From Vicugna vicugna (taxonomy: Eukaryota), in the NCBI GenBank assembly GCA_013265495.1, contig MU058687.1:3288001-3352000 (forward strand): 64,000 bases of DNA, read 5' to 3'. Positions 37,885 through 49,590 of the stretch are shown piece after piece. Position numbers and translations under genes: made by a program. Position 1 is the stretch's first letter; each line of letters starts with the position of its first letter. Below the pieces are notes generated by a model. It saw only the letters and a program-made list of their open reading frames with translations. It had not been told where the DNA came from and made no database searches.

Positions 37885-39236
37885 CTTCTTCCGCTTCTTC
37901 CAGCACGAGCGACAGCACCGCGGGGCGGGTCTTTCCCCTAGAAGAGTTGGGGGAGAGGAAGGAGCATGCGATGCGCAGGCGCCCTAGCCGAAGAGCCTTC
38001 TGGGATTTGTAGTTCTTTGAAGAAGACCACAATTCGGTTCTATTCTAAACCAGCGTTTTCAGGATAAGCGCTTCAGTTAAGAAAAAGCAAGTGATATCAC
38101 TTTTACACTGTGATATGATAGGGTGTTCCCTAGGCAAAATACTAACGAAGTTGAGATGCCTTTAAGTCGATTTATTTTATTCTTCTCTCAGTCTCATTCC
38201 CCTTGAGGGAGTTCCAAATACAAAAGCCTTCCGGGGCGGCAACGTTAAATAAAAGTGTTGAAGAGTTAAATAAAAGGCTTTGGAAATCGTGAGGCTGGCG
38301 AATGGAGAGTTGTTGGACGCTTTGAAAACATTCACACTCAAAACTTTCTACACGCTGTCCCCTTCTCCCACACTCCACCCCCAAAACACTCGCCAGGGGA
38401 GGTATTGTGTGATCCTTTGTAAGTTACATTAGAACACTCCTTATATGTATTACGTGTGTATGTGTTTTAGCTAGATTGTCTTTCACGTAGATTATGGATT
38501 AAACATAGTCTTTGATGAAGTGATTGGATAAATGAAATCTGTTTCAAAATACTGGGGAGATGGGGGTGGGTGGTATATACTGTAGATGAAATGAGAATAG
38601 CTATGAGTTTTGATCACTGTTGAGGCTGGATATTGGGGAAATGGATGTTCATTATACTATTCTGTCTACTTTTGTATATGTTTGACATTTTCCATTATAT
38701 AGAAACAAACTTTTAATAGCAGTACAGCACACATACAGAAAGGTATATGCACCCTAAATATACAGTTCTTTGAATTTTCCCAAATCAAACACAGTAGTTT
38801 GAGCAGTAGAAGAACCCCCCTCCAAACCAGGATCAATAGATTACTTTGTTGCATTAAACTAAAGTGAGTTGATTACCATTTACAATGAAAAGGAATTTAT
38901 ACAATGTTTATTTTCTGTGCTCCCATGATACTTGTTCTTCCCCTAATCTTAACAGTTATCACACTTTCTAGGTTTTGATGGTTTATGTGACTGCAAGAAA
39001 GATTGAATCTCTCTCACCATTCATCTGTGCCTGTATAATTTTGGGCATGTCCTCAACCCTCACTGGATTTCAGATTCCTCATCTGTAAAAAGACAGAATG
39101 GGCCCAGATAATATCAAAGATCCCTTCTAGTATCAACATCCTTTGATTCTTGGTACTTTTCTCTAGTTTTTAAATTTCTCGATAAAGGAGTTTAAAAACA
39201 TGCCATTCCAGGAATTATTGATACATGCAACAACTT

Positions 39237-39351
39237 TTTTTTTTTGGAGGGGGGTAATTTATTTATTTAATTTATTTTTAGAGGCAATGCTGGAGATTGA
39301 ACTCAGAACCACGTGCATACACTCTACCACTTGAGCTATACCTTCCCTTCC
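39237..39351 (-). mobile_element. Vic-1-type SINE with a short internal deletion, nested in L1
   Basis: TSD CATGCAACAACTT (39224-39236 and 39352-39364); anticodon-arm segment shortened relative to the other copies. Confidence 0.85.
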
Positions 39352-39845
39352 CATGCAACAACTTAGATGAATCTCAAAGGCATCATGATGAGTGAATGAA
39401 ACCAATCTCAAAAGATTACATACCATGTGATTTCATTTATGACATTCTTGAAAAGATACAACTGTGTGACAGGGAACAGATCCCTGGTTGCCAGGGGTTA
39501 GGTGTAGGGGAAAGATGTGACCCCTACAAGGAAATTTTTGGGGTTATGGAATTGTTCTGTATCCTGTTTGTGATGGTGATTACATGCAACTATACATGTA
39601 CTAAAATTCATAGAACTGTACACCAAAAAAAGTCAGTTTTACTGTGTGACAATTAAAAAGAATAAACTTTAAAAAATGACTGGTCGAGTTCTTGCTACCA
39701 TACTGTTAGAAGGGCCTTCTTAGCCTCATTCAGCAATATCAACATTTACTCTACACTTGCTGTGATTCAGAGCATATCTTGGGTTCCTAGAGCCATAGAA
39801 GTGGTTTCATAAAATGTATTTTTAAGAAGAGTAAGGGAATAGAAG

Positions 39846-40461
39846 ATGTATTATTTTCTATTGCTATATAACAAATTATCACAGTGTCTTGAAACAACGC
39901 CCATTTATGAGCTCACATTTCCATAGGTCAGAAGGCTAGCACAGCATGAATGGGTTCTCTGCCCAGGGTATCAGAAAGCTGAAATCACGGTGTTGGCCAG
40001 GCTGAATCCTCATCAGGCTGAGGCTCTGGAGAAAAACCCATTTCAAATTCATTCTTCTTGTTGTACTTGTAGGACTGAAGTCCCTATTTTGTTGCATGCT
40101 ATTGGAGAGAGCCACCCTCACCTCCTGCAGGCCACTCTCAGGTCCTTCTCACATGATCCCTGTGCTTAGTTCACACCATGGCTGTTTGCTTTCTTCCAGG
40201 ACAGTTGGAGCACATCTCTCTGACTTTCTCCTCTGCTATCAACCAGAGAAAACTCTCTGCTTTTAAAGGGTTCATAAATTAAGTCAGGCCCACCCAGATA
40301 ATCTTATTTTAAAGTCAACAGTGCCATGTAACATAACACAATCAGGGAACTGATATCTCATCATATTCATAGCTCCAGGGCTATTGCAGGGCATGCACAC
40401 ATACTTTGGGAGTGGGGTGGGAGGAAATTATGGGAGAGATCTTAGAATTCTGTCTGACACA
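39846..40461 (-). mobile_element. ERVL-MaLR (MLT1-type) solo LTR
   Basis: TGTATT...TTGCTATATAACAAATTATCAC...ATCTTAGAATTCTGTCTGACACA, same family pattern as 3570-4173. Confidence 0.7.
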
Positions 40462-40749
40462 GGATAGAAGCCAAAAGAAAAAAAGTATTTTGGTAAATGC
40501 AGGATTCTTGATCATATTGCATAGTGTACCCAACATGATCTGGGAGTCTGAAGATATAAATTAAAGCTATACCTTAGCCAGTAAGCTGTGTTATCACAGT
40601 AAAGACACTTAACTTCCTTGGCCCCCGATTTTATCAAACTTAAAATGCTAATCATGTTACCTGCTTTCTGTATGTATCATAGAGTGATTATGAGATGTAA
40701 CTGAGGTAATGGAGGTGAATATGTTTACTCAGATGTAAAGTACTATGTT

Positions 40750-40864
40750 GGGGGGAGGGTATAGCTCAGTGGTAGAGTGTCTGCCTAGCATGCATGAGGT
40801 CCTGGGTTGAATCCCCAATACCTCCATTAAACAAATAAACATAAAAAAGAAAATTAAAAGAAAA
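40750..40864 (+). mobile_element. Vic-1-type SINE
   Basis: GGGGGGAGGGTATAGCTCAGTGGTAGAG head, A-rich tail, TSD TAAAGTACTATGT (40736-40748 and about 40865-40878). Confidence 0.9.
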
Positions 40865-43227
40865 TAAAGTACTATGTAAATGTATTAGTTATTACAGTTA
40901 ATTTTGATTGACAGTGATGTGCTTTAACTTCTGCTCCAGGAATGTATTATTTCTAAAAAGAGGATAAAACAGGAGCGAATTAGAGAAGGTCCCAGAAGCC
41001 AAGATCAAGGAGCTTAGATTTAATTCAGCAGGTGATTTGGAACCAAAGAGGACTTAAATAGAGGGCCTGGGTCAAAGAAACTGGCAAGAAAGACAATTCT
41101 TAAGGTGGAATGGGTTTCTATGGCGATGAGAGACAAAGGAGGCCACTGAGGACAAGGTTAAAATAATTAACACGGGAAATCAGTAAGATCTGGGGATGTG
41201 GGATTGAAAGAAAGGAGTGGAGCAGAGCTTTTACAATCCACTCTCATTTTTCACAGAGGCATATCCCTGTGAAGCATTTCTACCATTTGTGGTCCCTCAC
41301 TGTCCGTGAGGTGTATACAGAATAGCAACTGACTTTAATAGCAATCTTAGCAAAACATAATTAAGAAGGCAAATCTACTGTAAAAGTAATATATTATACC
41401 CCAAGGCCAAGTACGTTATTCAGCTTGTGGGGGGTGGGGGTGTTCAGCTGTGCTGGATCTCCCATGCAGCATCCGTCTCTCATTATCACAGGTGATTAGC
41501 AGCTGCCAGCTCATAACAGACAACCCAGTGCAGGCCAGAACTGGTGATGCTCCAGGTTAGGAGGCACAATCAACTCACTCTACTCTTGGTATTCTAGATA
41601 AAGGGAGGAATTCATCCTCAGAGAACCTAGTGCCTAATGTGATTCCTCACTAGCTGTGGCTCCATAGTCACAAGTGACACAACTTGGGAGGTGGTAGGGT
41701 GGGGCAGTTAAACATGCAGATTCTGGAGTCAGCTTTCCTAGGTTCCCATCCCAGTTCCCTAATTCATCAGCTGTGCCTCCTGGGCAAGTCACTTAATTTC
41801 TCTCTGTTTCTTGCTGACCAAAATAAAAAAAAAGGAGGAAAGTAAATCTAACCCATTCTCATAAAGCTGTTGGGATAATTAAATGAGTTAATCATGTAAA
41901 GTGCTTAGAACAATGTCCAGGATAGAGTAAGCACTCAAAAAACAGAGATTATTTTTTCTGGACTTAATTTAATTGGCCTTAATAGCATTTATTAAGCTTC
42001 TTGAGCTTCAGGTTTTGCATTTGTAAAGTGAGGTAATTAAACTCAATTTTATTTCTAGGGTACCTTCCAACCAACATTTTATTCTCCTATATGATGCACG
42101 TCTTTTATTGATTGCAATGCTAGTATTTTATGCTCTGATGCCATTATGCTTTAGTTATTGCTGCTTTATTTACTTACATTCATTCCTTGGCGAAAAGTAG
42201 CAGTGCCCTCTGTCACTGTTCTTCCTTATTAGAAGCCTTTCATATGACTTCACAAGCTTTAAAAAAATTTTTTAAATCAAAGTGTTGGTTTGTACTGAAG
42301 TATAGTTTAAAAAGTTAGACTCATAGATTACTTAGTAACTGTGAAAGAAAAAAATGTATCTTTATAGTGGAGAAATCTGGATAGAGGGACAATCTAATAT
42401 TAGGTGCTTCTGGCAGGATGTTCCCAAATTACACCTGGTCAAGCCAGACCTAACTTCTAGTTCACAAGAAATTCAGGAGATAGAGGAACTAGTTAAACAG
42501 TATGAGGAAACAATCAGAAAAATCCAGAATGTGAGACATTCTACAGGATAATTGGCCTAAAATCTTCAAAATGTCAATGTCATAAAAGGAAAAAAGTAAT
42601 AGAATAGATGAAAAGAACCCGAAGAGACATACCAAATGCAATGAGTAAAACCTTAATTGGTTGGATTGTGGTCACTGAGGAAAACTATGAAAGAGTCTTA
42701 GGACATTTGGACAAATTTGAATATGGACTGATAGTAGGCTACATTATAGAATTTTTGCTAATTTTATTAGGAGTATTAATGACAATGTAGTTATGAGGAG
42801 AATGTCCTTATTCCAAGGAGATGCATGTCGAAGGGTTTGGGAATAAAATGTGTGCAGCTTACTTTCAAACAGTTCCGCTCAACAACAACAAACAATGTGT
42901 GTGTGTGTATGCAGTGAGGGGGGAGGGGGAGACAGAGAAAGCAAATATAAAAATGTTATATTTTGCATCTAGATGGGAGTGCTGTATAGGTGTTTATTAA
43001 ACTTGTTCAACTTTTCTATATATGCATGCAAATTTTCATAACAAAAATTTAGGTAAGAACAGCAAAGTCAGAGAACTCACATTTCCCAATTTCAAAACCT
43101 ACCTCAAATCCACAGTTGTCAAGACAGTGTAGTACTAGCAAAAGGATAGACATACAGATCAGTGGAATAAAAGTGAGAACCCAGAAATAAGCAGATGTCT
43201 GTAGTTAATGGATTTTTGCAGGGATGC

Positions 43228-43589
43228 TGCTATGTTATGAATTTGTCTCCACCAAATTCATATGTTGAAACTGAATCTCCAGTGTGATGGTATTTAGAGG
43301 TAGGGGCCTTTGGGAGATGATTATGTCATGAGGGTGAAACCTTTATGAATGGGATTGGTGCTCTTATAAAAGAGATATTAGAGAGCTCTCTTGTCCCTTC
43401 CACCATATGAGGGCATAACAAAAAGACGCCATCTATGAACCAAAAAGCAGACCCTCACTGGCCGCCAAATCTGCCAGTGCCTTGACCTTGAACTTCCCGG
43501 GCTCCAGAGCTATGAGAAATAAATTTCTGTTGTTTATAAGTTACTTAGTTTATAGTATTTTGTTGTAGCAGCCCGAGTGGAATAAGACA
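43228..43589 (+). mobile_element. MLT1A-type solo LTR nested in L1
   Basis: TG...CA ends; AAATTCATATGTTGAAA, TATAAAAG and AATAAATTTCTGTTGTTTATAAG motifs; 5-bp TSD GATGC/GGTGC. Confidence 0.85.
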
Positions 43590-44579
43590 GGTGCCAAGAT
43601 CATCCAATGGTGAAAGAATAATTTTTTCAACAAATGGTGCTGGGAACCTGAGTGTCTACATATAAAAGAATGAATTTGGATCCTTACTCTACACCAAATA
43701 TAAAAATTAACTAAAAATAGATTAAAGATCTAAACGTAAGGGTGAAAATTATGACTCTTTTAGAGGGACACATGGGGTGAAGCATCATGATCTTGGATTT
43801 GGTAAAGGATTCTTAGATATGACACCAAAAGCAAGAACAACAAAAGAAAAAATAGATAAATTGGACTTCATGAAAATTAAAAACTTTTGTGCTTCAAAGG
43901 ACACTGTTAGGAAAGTGAAAAGACAACTTACAGAATGGGAGGAAATATTTGCAAATCATATATCAGATAAGGAAATTGTAGCCAGAATATATAAAGAACT
44001 CCCACAGGCCAACAACAAAAACACAAATAATCCAATTAAGGGAATGGGCAAAGGGTCTGAATAGACATTTCTTCAAAGAAGATACGTGAATCACATGAAA
44101 TCACATGAAAATTTGCTCAACATCATTAGGAATCAGGGAAATGTCAATCAAAACTACAATGAGATACCAATTCATTCTCACTAGGATGATTAAAATGAAA
44201 AAGACAGACAATAACAGGTATTGATGAGGATAATGGAGAAATTGGAGCCCTCATACATTGTTGATGGTATTGTAAAATGGTGCAGCCACCTTGGAAAACA
44301 ATTTGGAATTTCCTCAAACAGTTAAATATAGAGTGACTATATGACTGGGCAATTCTACTCCTAGGTATATACCTAAGAGAATTGAAAACATACCTATAGA
44401 AAAATTTGTGCACAAATGTTCATAGTAGTATTAGTTATAATAACCAAAAAATAGGAACAACCCCAATGTCCATAAATTGATGAAAGGATAAACAAAATGT
44501 GACATATCCATATAATGGAATATTATTTGGCAATAAAAAGGAATATAGTACTGATACATGCTAAAGCATGAATGAACAC

Positions 44580-45270
44580 TGAGTGAGTATAGCCAACTTG
44601 CAAAGTTAGAGGGAGCAGAGACTACCTTCACTTCTAACACCAACTGCAAATCTGGGGGTTCCTAAAGCCACTCTCAGTTTTGATAATTCATTAGGACACA
44701 GAGACCTTACTGAAAGGTGTTATACTCATGGCTATGGTTCATTATAGGAAAAGGATCTAGATTAAAATCAGCCAAAGGAAGGTGCAGGGTAGAGTCCAGG
44801 AGGGTTCCAAGCATGGAACATCCAGCTGTCCCCTCCCTATGTAGCCCTACAGCATTTCTCTCCTGGCATCACCGAGTGACAACATGCAGGGAGTATTGCC
44901 AAACATGGAAGCTCACCTGAGCCTTGGTGTCCAGAGTTTTTACAGGGCTTTTATCCCGTAGGAATGATTGATTGCCTTTGTGGCTGATGTCAGTTTCCAG
45001 CCCCTCCAGACAGTTACTGATATTGTGTGATCTAAAGCCCCCACGCTAAATCACATTGTTGGTCTTTCTGGCCAGCCCCAACTCTAAGACTATTTGATGT
45101 GGCCAGCTTCCCCTTTAAATCATATTATTAGACTATCCGGTGACTCAAGGCAACCAGGAAAACAAAGCCACTCCTATTAGGCATGACATTTCAAGGGCTT
45201 AGACATTACCTCCCAAAGCGGAGGGCAAAGGCCAGACCTCCGTTTGGGCAAGGTTAAATCCTTTACTACA
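44580..45270 (-). mobile_element. MER21-like ERVL LTR nested in L1
   Basis: Ends GGGCAAAGGCCAGACCTC...TTTGGGCAAGGTTAAATCCTTTACTACA; L1 resumes immediately after with TTGAAAACATTATGCTAAGTGAAAG. Confidence 0.7.
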
Positions 45271-46639
45271 GAAACTTTGAAAACATTATGCTAAGTGAAA
45301 GAAACCAGTTACAAAAGGCCAGATATTGTATAATTCTATTTATATAAAATTTCCAGAATGGACAAATGCATAGAGACAAATAGTAGAATAATATTTCCCT
45401 GTGGCTGGGTTGTGTGGGGATGGTGGGGTGGGAAAGGCGAGTGACTGCTAATGGGTACAGGGCCTTTTCTTTTTTTGAGTATTGAAAAATTATATAGTGC
45501 TGGTGTTGACACAACTCTATGAATATGCTAAAAACCTCTAATCTGTGCACTCTGAAAAGGTGAGTTTTATGGAATGTGAAATATATCTCAATAAAGCTGT
45601 AAAAGCAAAGTCAAAATGCAAAATTAATAAGAGGAATAAATAAGTGAATAAAAAGTATGATATAGTATCCCTCCATTTTTTTATCCAGATGAAATTGAGA
45701 ATTATTTTGTTGAGTTCTTTTTAAAAAGCCTGCAGGAATATTGATTGTTGTTGGGTTGACCAAAAATTGCCTTAGAGAACTGATATCTTCACAATTTTAT
45801 GTCTCAGGAACACTGTTTAGGTTTTGACTTATTATTATTAAAATCGCCTTTCATCTCTTCCAATAACATTTTGAAGTTTTCTTTATATAGATTGTACACA
45901 CACATCTCTCAGAATATTGATTCTTGGGCATTTCATTTCTTTGTTTCCATGAATGAATTCTCTGTTTTTATATGATTACTAAATACAACTAATTTTTATT
46001 AAGCAAGTCAAAAATGTTCTGAAATGTGTTAATTTATGAGTAGAATCAATTTTTGACTGTAGATGACTTAAAGTTAGGGTCAACCTGTATGTGGTGAGAC
46101 GTGCTCCTGTATCTTCTTCCTGGGACTGGGCAGTTCTTTGGGTTGACGTGCAGGGAAGCAGCTTTGCTGGCAGCTGCTTCCCTCCTCCAGCTCTGAGACT
46201 TTCTGTTTGAAAGCACTGGGAGACCTGCTGACCCCATTTCTTTCCAGATTTAATTATTCTTTTTGAAAGTTGGCTCTAACCTTAAAGGGATTTGAAACAC
46301 AAGGCTCCAGTGGGGATGAAGCTTTAGACCCAAGATAACTATTCCTTTTTCTATTGAACAGCCTGGCAGGGGAACAATTTGCCCCTTGCCCTGAGCACTG
46401 TCATTTATTTTGATCGTTTTTCATTCCTATCAAGTGTGCTGCTGGCTCAGAAGGCAGCCATCTGATATCTGAAGTGACTCCTAACATTATTTCCTTGTCT
46501 TTTCTCTTTTTGTGTAACAAGATATTCCAACAAAATATGCCTGTTTGTGTACTAAGGAGCTGATGTGGGTGTGCTTGTCTATGATTTAGTAACGCTAACA
46601 GGGAAAATACTGGGGCAATAAAAATAGTTATTATTTGTT

Positions 46640-47010
46640 GATGAGCCTCTCTGCACCTATTTATCTCATTTAACTCTTGAAACAGCCCAAGGAGTAGTTA
46701 ACTCTCACTGTCCCCATTTTACAGATTAGAAAATGGAGGCTTAAAGATGTTATATAAGTTGCTCAAGATGACAAATGGAAAGTGACAAATCTGGAAAGTG
46801 ACTTAAACTCAAAGAATATGGTCTTAACCACTATTCCATACTGGCTCCCAAGTGAAAGTGTATCTTTCTAAAAAATCTGGAGTCAGACAGATCTGAGTTT
46901 GCGTTCTGCCTCACTTTTTAGTTCTGTAACCTTCAGCAGGTCTACCTACCTCATAGGGCAGTGAGGATGACACGAGATAATAAAGTGCTTGGCACAGTGA
47001 GTACTAAATG
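46640..47010. mobile_element. Two adjacent MIR fragments in opposite orientation
   Basis: CCCCATTTTACAGATTAGAAAATGGAGGCTT...CTTAACCACTAT followed by CTGGAGTCAGACAGATCTGAGTTT...AAAGTGCTTGGCACAGTG. Confidence 0.7.
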
Positions 47011-48619
47011 AATATCAGGTTTTTTCTTCAAAAAATATATCAACAATTTAGCAAGTACTTTCTCTGTACCAGATCCTGTGCTAATTCTCAGAGACTCAGA
47101 GTTAAATACTGCACAGTCTGAGTCCTAAAGACCACGGGATTGGTGGATCTGGGGCTTGTGGGCTGAATCTGGCCTTCAGAAGTGTTCTGTTTGTCCACAC
47201 ATGCTTTAAAACTTTTGACTTCATTGCAGACATTTAAAAATTGGGAGATTTTTAATAAAAATCTAGATTTCCAGCTTTTGAAAGCCAGCAGAGCTGGAGA
47301 CACTGGGCCTACGTGCTCACATGGCAGCAATCATCTAGAATGCAGTTTGCCAATGTGGGAGTGTGGGCCACAGTCCCCACCACTGTCTATTGTATCTAAG
47401 GGGGTCAGTGGCCATTCACTGTTGAAATTGCACTATTTTTCTTTAATAAAAGAAGTGACATGCTTCATGTACTTATGATGCTCTCAAAAGAAAACAAAAG
47501 GTGGATCAAGGGAACTGTGTGATTTAAGAAAAATGGACGAAGTTTTTGTTTAAAAGCCAGGAGTATTATAATGTCTGGCCTGCTTTGTTTATTTTTGTTA
47601 TCTTCCTGGCCTCTGTAGGCATTTGAGTTTAAAGTCCCTGTGTATAAAGAGGTAACCTCATCACCTGCAGCATCAAAGTGCTGTAGGTAAGCCCAAGATG
47701 CTTTGGAAGGACCAAGGAGAGGTATCTAGCCAGGGCTGGAGGTTCAGAGGATGCTTCCCGTAAGGTCACCTGGCCAAGATCATGTGCCAGAAGGATAGTG
47801 TTAAGAGGTTTGCATGGTGGGTGGCGTGGGGGAGCTGTTTAAGCAAAATGGAACAGCATGGGACAGGGCTCAGAGGAAGCAGCAACAGCCTCTGTCTCTT
47901 CTTTGATCTATTGACCTGCCTTCCAGGGGCAAATGGTATCTCTGGCTCTCTTATCACTGACAGAGAAAAGAAACTGAACCCAGCTGATGGCTGAGCCCCT
48001 GGCTCCATATACCAGCTGAACTCATATCCCCAGAACTTCAACTCACAGGACATACTGGTACCCTTGGGGACCACCTGACAAAAGCCCAGCAACACAGTCT
48101 TCTAACAGAATGAGTCTTTACACCCATCACCCAGTTATAACACCAACAATAACACACAGCAATTTCTTTGGATGAGGGGCTGAGAATATTTTAGTGTTTA
48201 AATAACAGAAGTCAAAGTCTGTGTGGCAGGTGGAATTTATACCCCTCTACAAAATAACCATCCCTAAGTGTCTGTTCCTGACAAAAGCAAAGCAACTTCC
48301 TCCCAGGGCAACAAAGAAAGCTTCCAGAGGTAAGGCGAGAATGTTTCTGGAAAGAATCTGGAAAAGTAGAGAAAGAAGGTATCTAGTTCCTCTTAACATG
48401 AAAATGGAAGCCTGTCTGAATGGTCAGGGTCAGGGTGAGGGTGAGGCTCAGCTCATAGGTAAAATAGTGTTCTTCATAGCTGGTAAATTCTGAGAACTTT
48501 TTTTTTTTCAGGGCACTAGGAACCTATTCTTACTAGGGGTCTGAGAGACTTGGCAGAGGCTGGGTGAAAGCTGAGGATGGAAGAAACCATTCAAGTTCAA
48601 CCTACAGTCAAGAAATTTG

Positions 48620-49590
48620 CTGCAAACCACAATAAGATACCACTCCACACCCACTAGGATGGCTATAATCCAAAAGGCAGACAATAACAAGTACCAGAGA
48701 GGTTGTAGAGAAATTGGAACTCTCACATATTGTTTGTTGGTGGGAATGTGAAATGGTGCAGTCACTTTGTTTTTTTTTAATTTTTAAATTTTAAGTTTTA
48801 AAAAAGTTTATTTGCGGGGAGGTAATGGGGCTTATTTATTTATGGGGGAGGTACTGGGGATTGAACCCAGGACCTCATACATGCTAAACATGCACTCTAG
48901 AACTTGAGCTATACCCCCTCAACTGGTGCAGTCACTTTGGAAAATAGTCTGGCAGTTCCTCAAAGTGTTAAACATAGAGTTACCATATGACCCAGAAATT
49001 CTACTGCTAGGTGTATACCCAAGAGAAATGAAAACATACATTCATTCAGAAACTTGTACACAATGTTCATAGCAGCACTATTCATAATAACCAAAGTGTG
49101 GGAATAACCCAAATGTCCATCAACTGATGAAGGGGTAAACAAAATGTGACTCATTCTTACAATAGAATACTTTTCTGCAGTAAGAGGGACAAAGTATCCA
49201 TATGTGATACAATATATAGGAACCTTGAAAACATGATGCTAAGTGAAAGAAACCAGTCACAAAAGACCAGATATTTATGATTCCATGCATATGAGATGCC
49301 CAGAACAGGCCTAAGCATGCAGAATGTACATTAGTGGCTGCTGGGGGCTAGGGTGGGGTGGTGGTAGAGGTGGGTGTGGGGAGGACAGGAAGGAGAGACT
49401 GGGAAGGAACAGTGACTGCTATTGGGTACAGGTTTCTTTCTGGAGTGCTGAAAAAAAGTTCCTAAGATTAGATAGTGGTGATGGTCATACAACTCTGTGA
49501 ATATAATAAAAACCAATGAATTGTACACTTTGAGAGGGTGAATTTTATGGTATGTGGAATTTTATCTCAGTAAAGCTGATACTAAAGAAA
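48620..49590 (+). mobile_element. L1 (L1MB-like) 3' fragment interrupted by a SINE
   Basis: CCACAATAAGATACCACT...CCATATGACCCAGAAATTCTACT...ATGCTAAGTGAAAGAAACCAGTCAC...A tail. Confidence 0.85.
48770..48923 (-). mobile_element. Vic-1-type SINE nested in L1
   Basis: 16-bp TSD TGGTGCAGTCACTTTG (48754-48769 and 48924-48939); reverse-complement tRNA-like head. Confidence 0.9.

Larger units (their letters stand above)
37300..38020. promoter_or_regulatory. SNW1 CpG-island promoter
   Basis: CpG-rich. GC box GGGGCGGG 37922-37929. NRF1-like TGCGCAGGCGC 37972-37982. ZNF143/THAP11-type GAACTACAAATCCCAGAAGGC on minus 37995-38015. YY1-like AAGATGGCGC 37878-37887. Confidence 0.85.
43060..45605 (+). mobile_element. 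L1 (L1M-type) ORF2 3' region plus 3' UTR, split by two LTR insertions
   Basis: ORF 43777..44064 (FLDMTPKARTTKEKIDKLDFMKIKNFCASKDT...EWEEIFANHISDK); ends ATATCTCAATAAAGCTG at about 45600. Confidence 0.9.
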
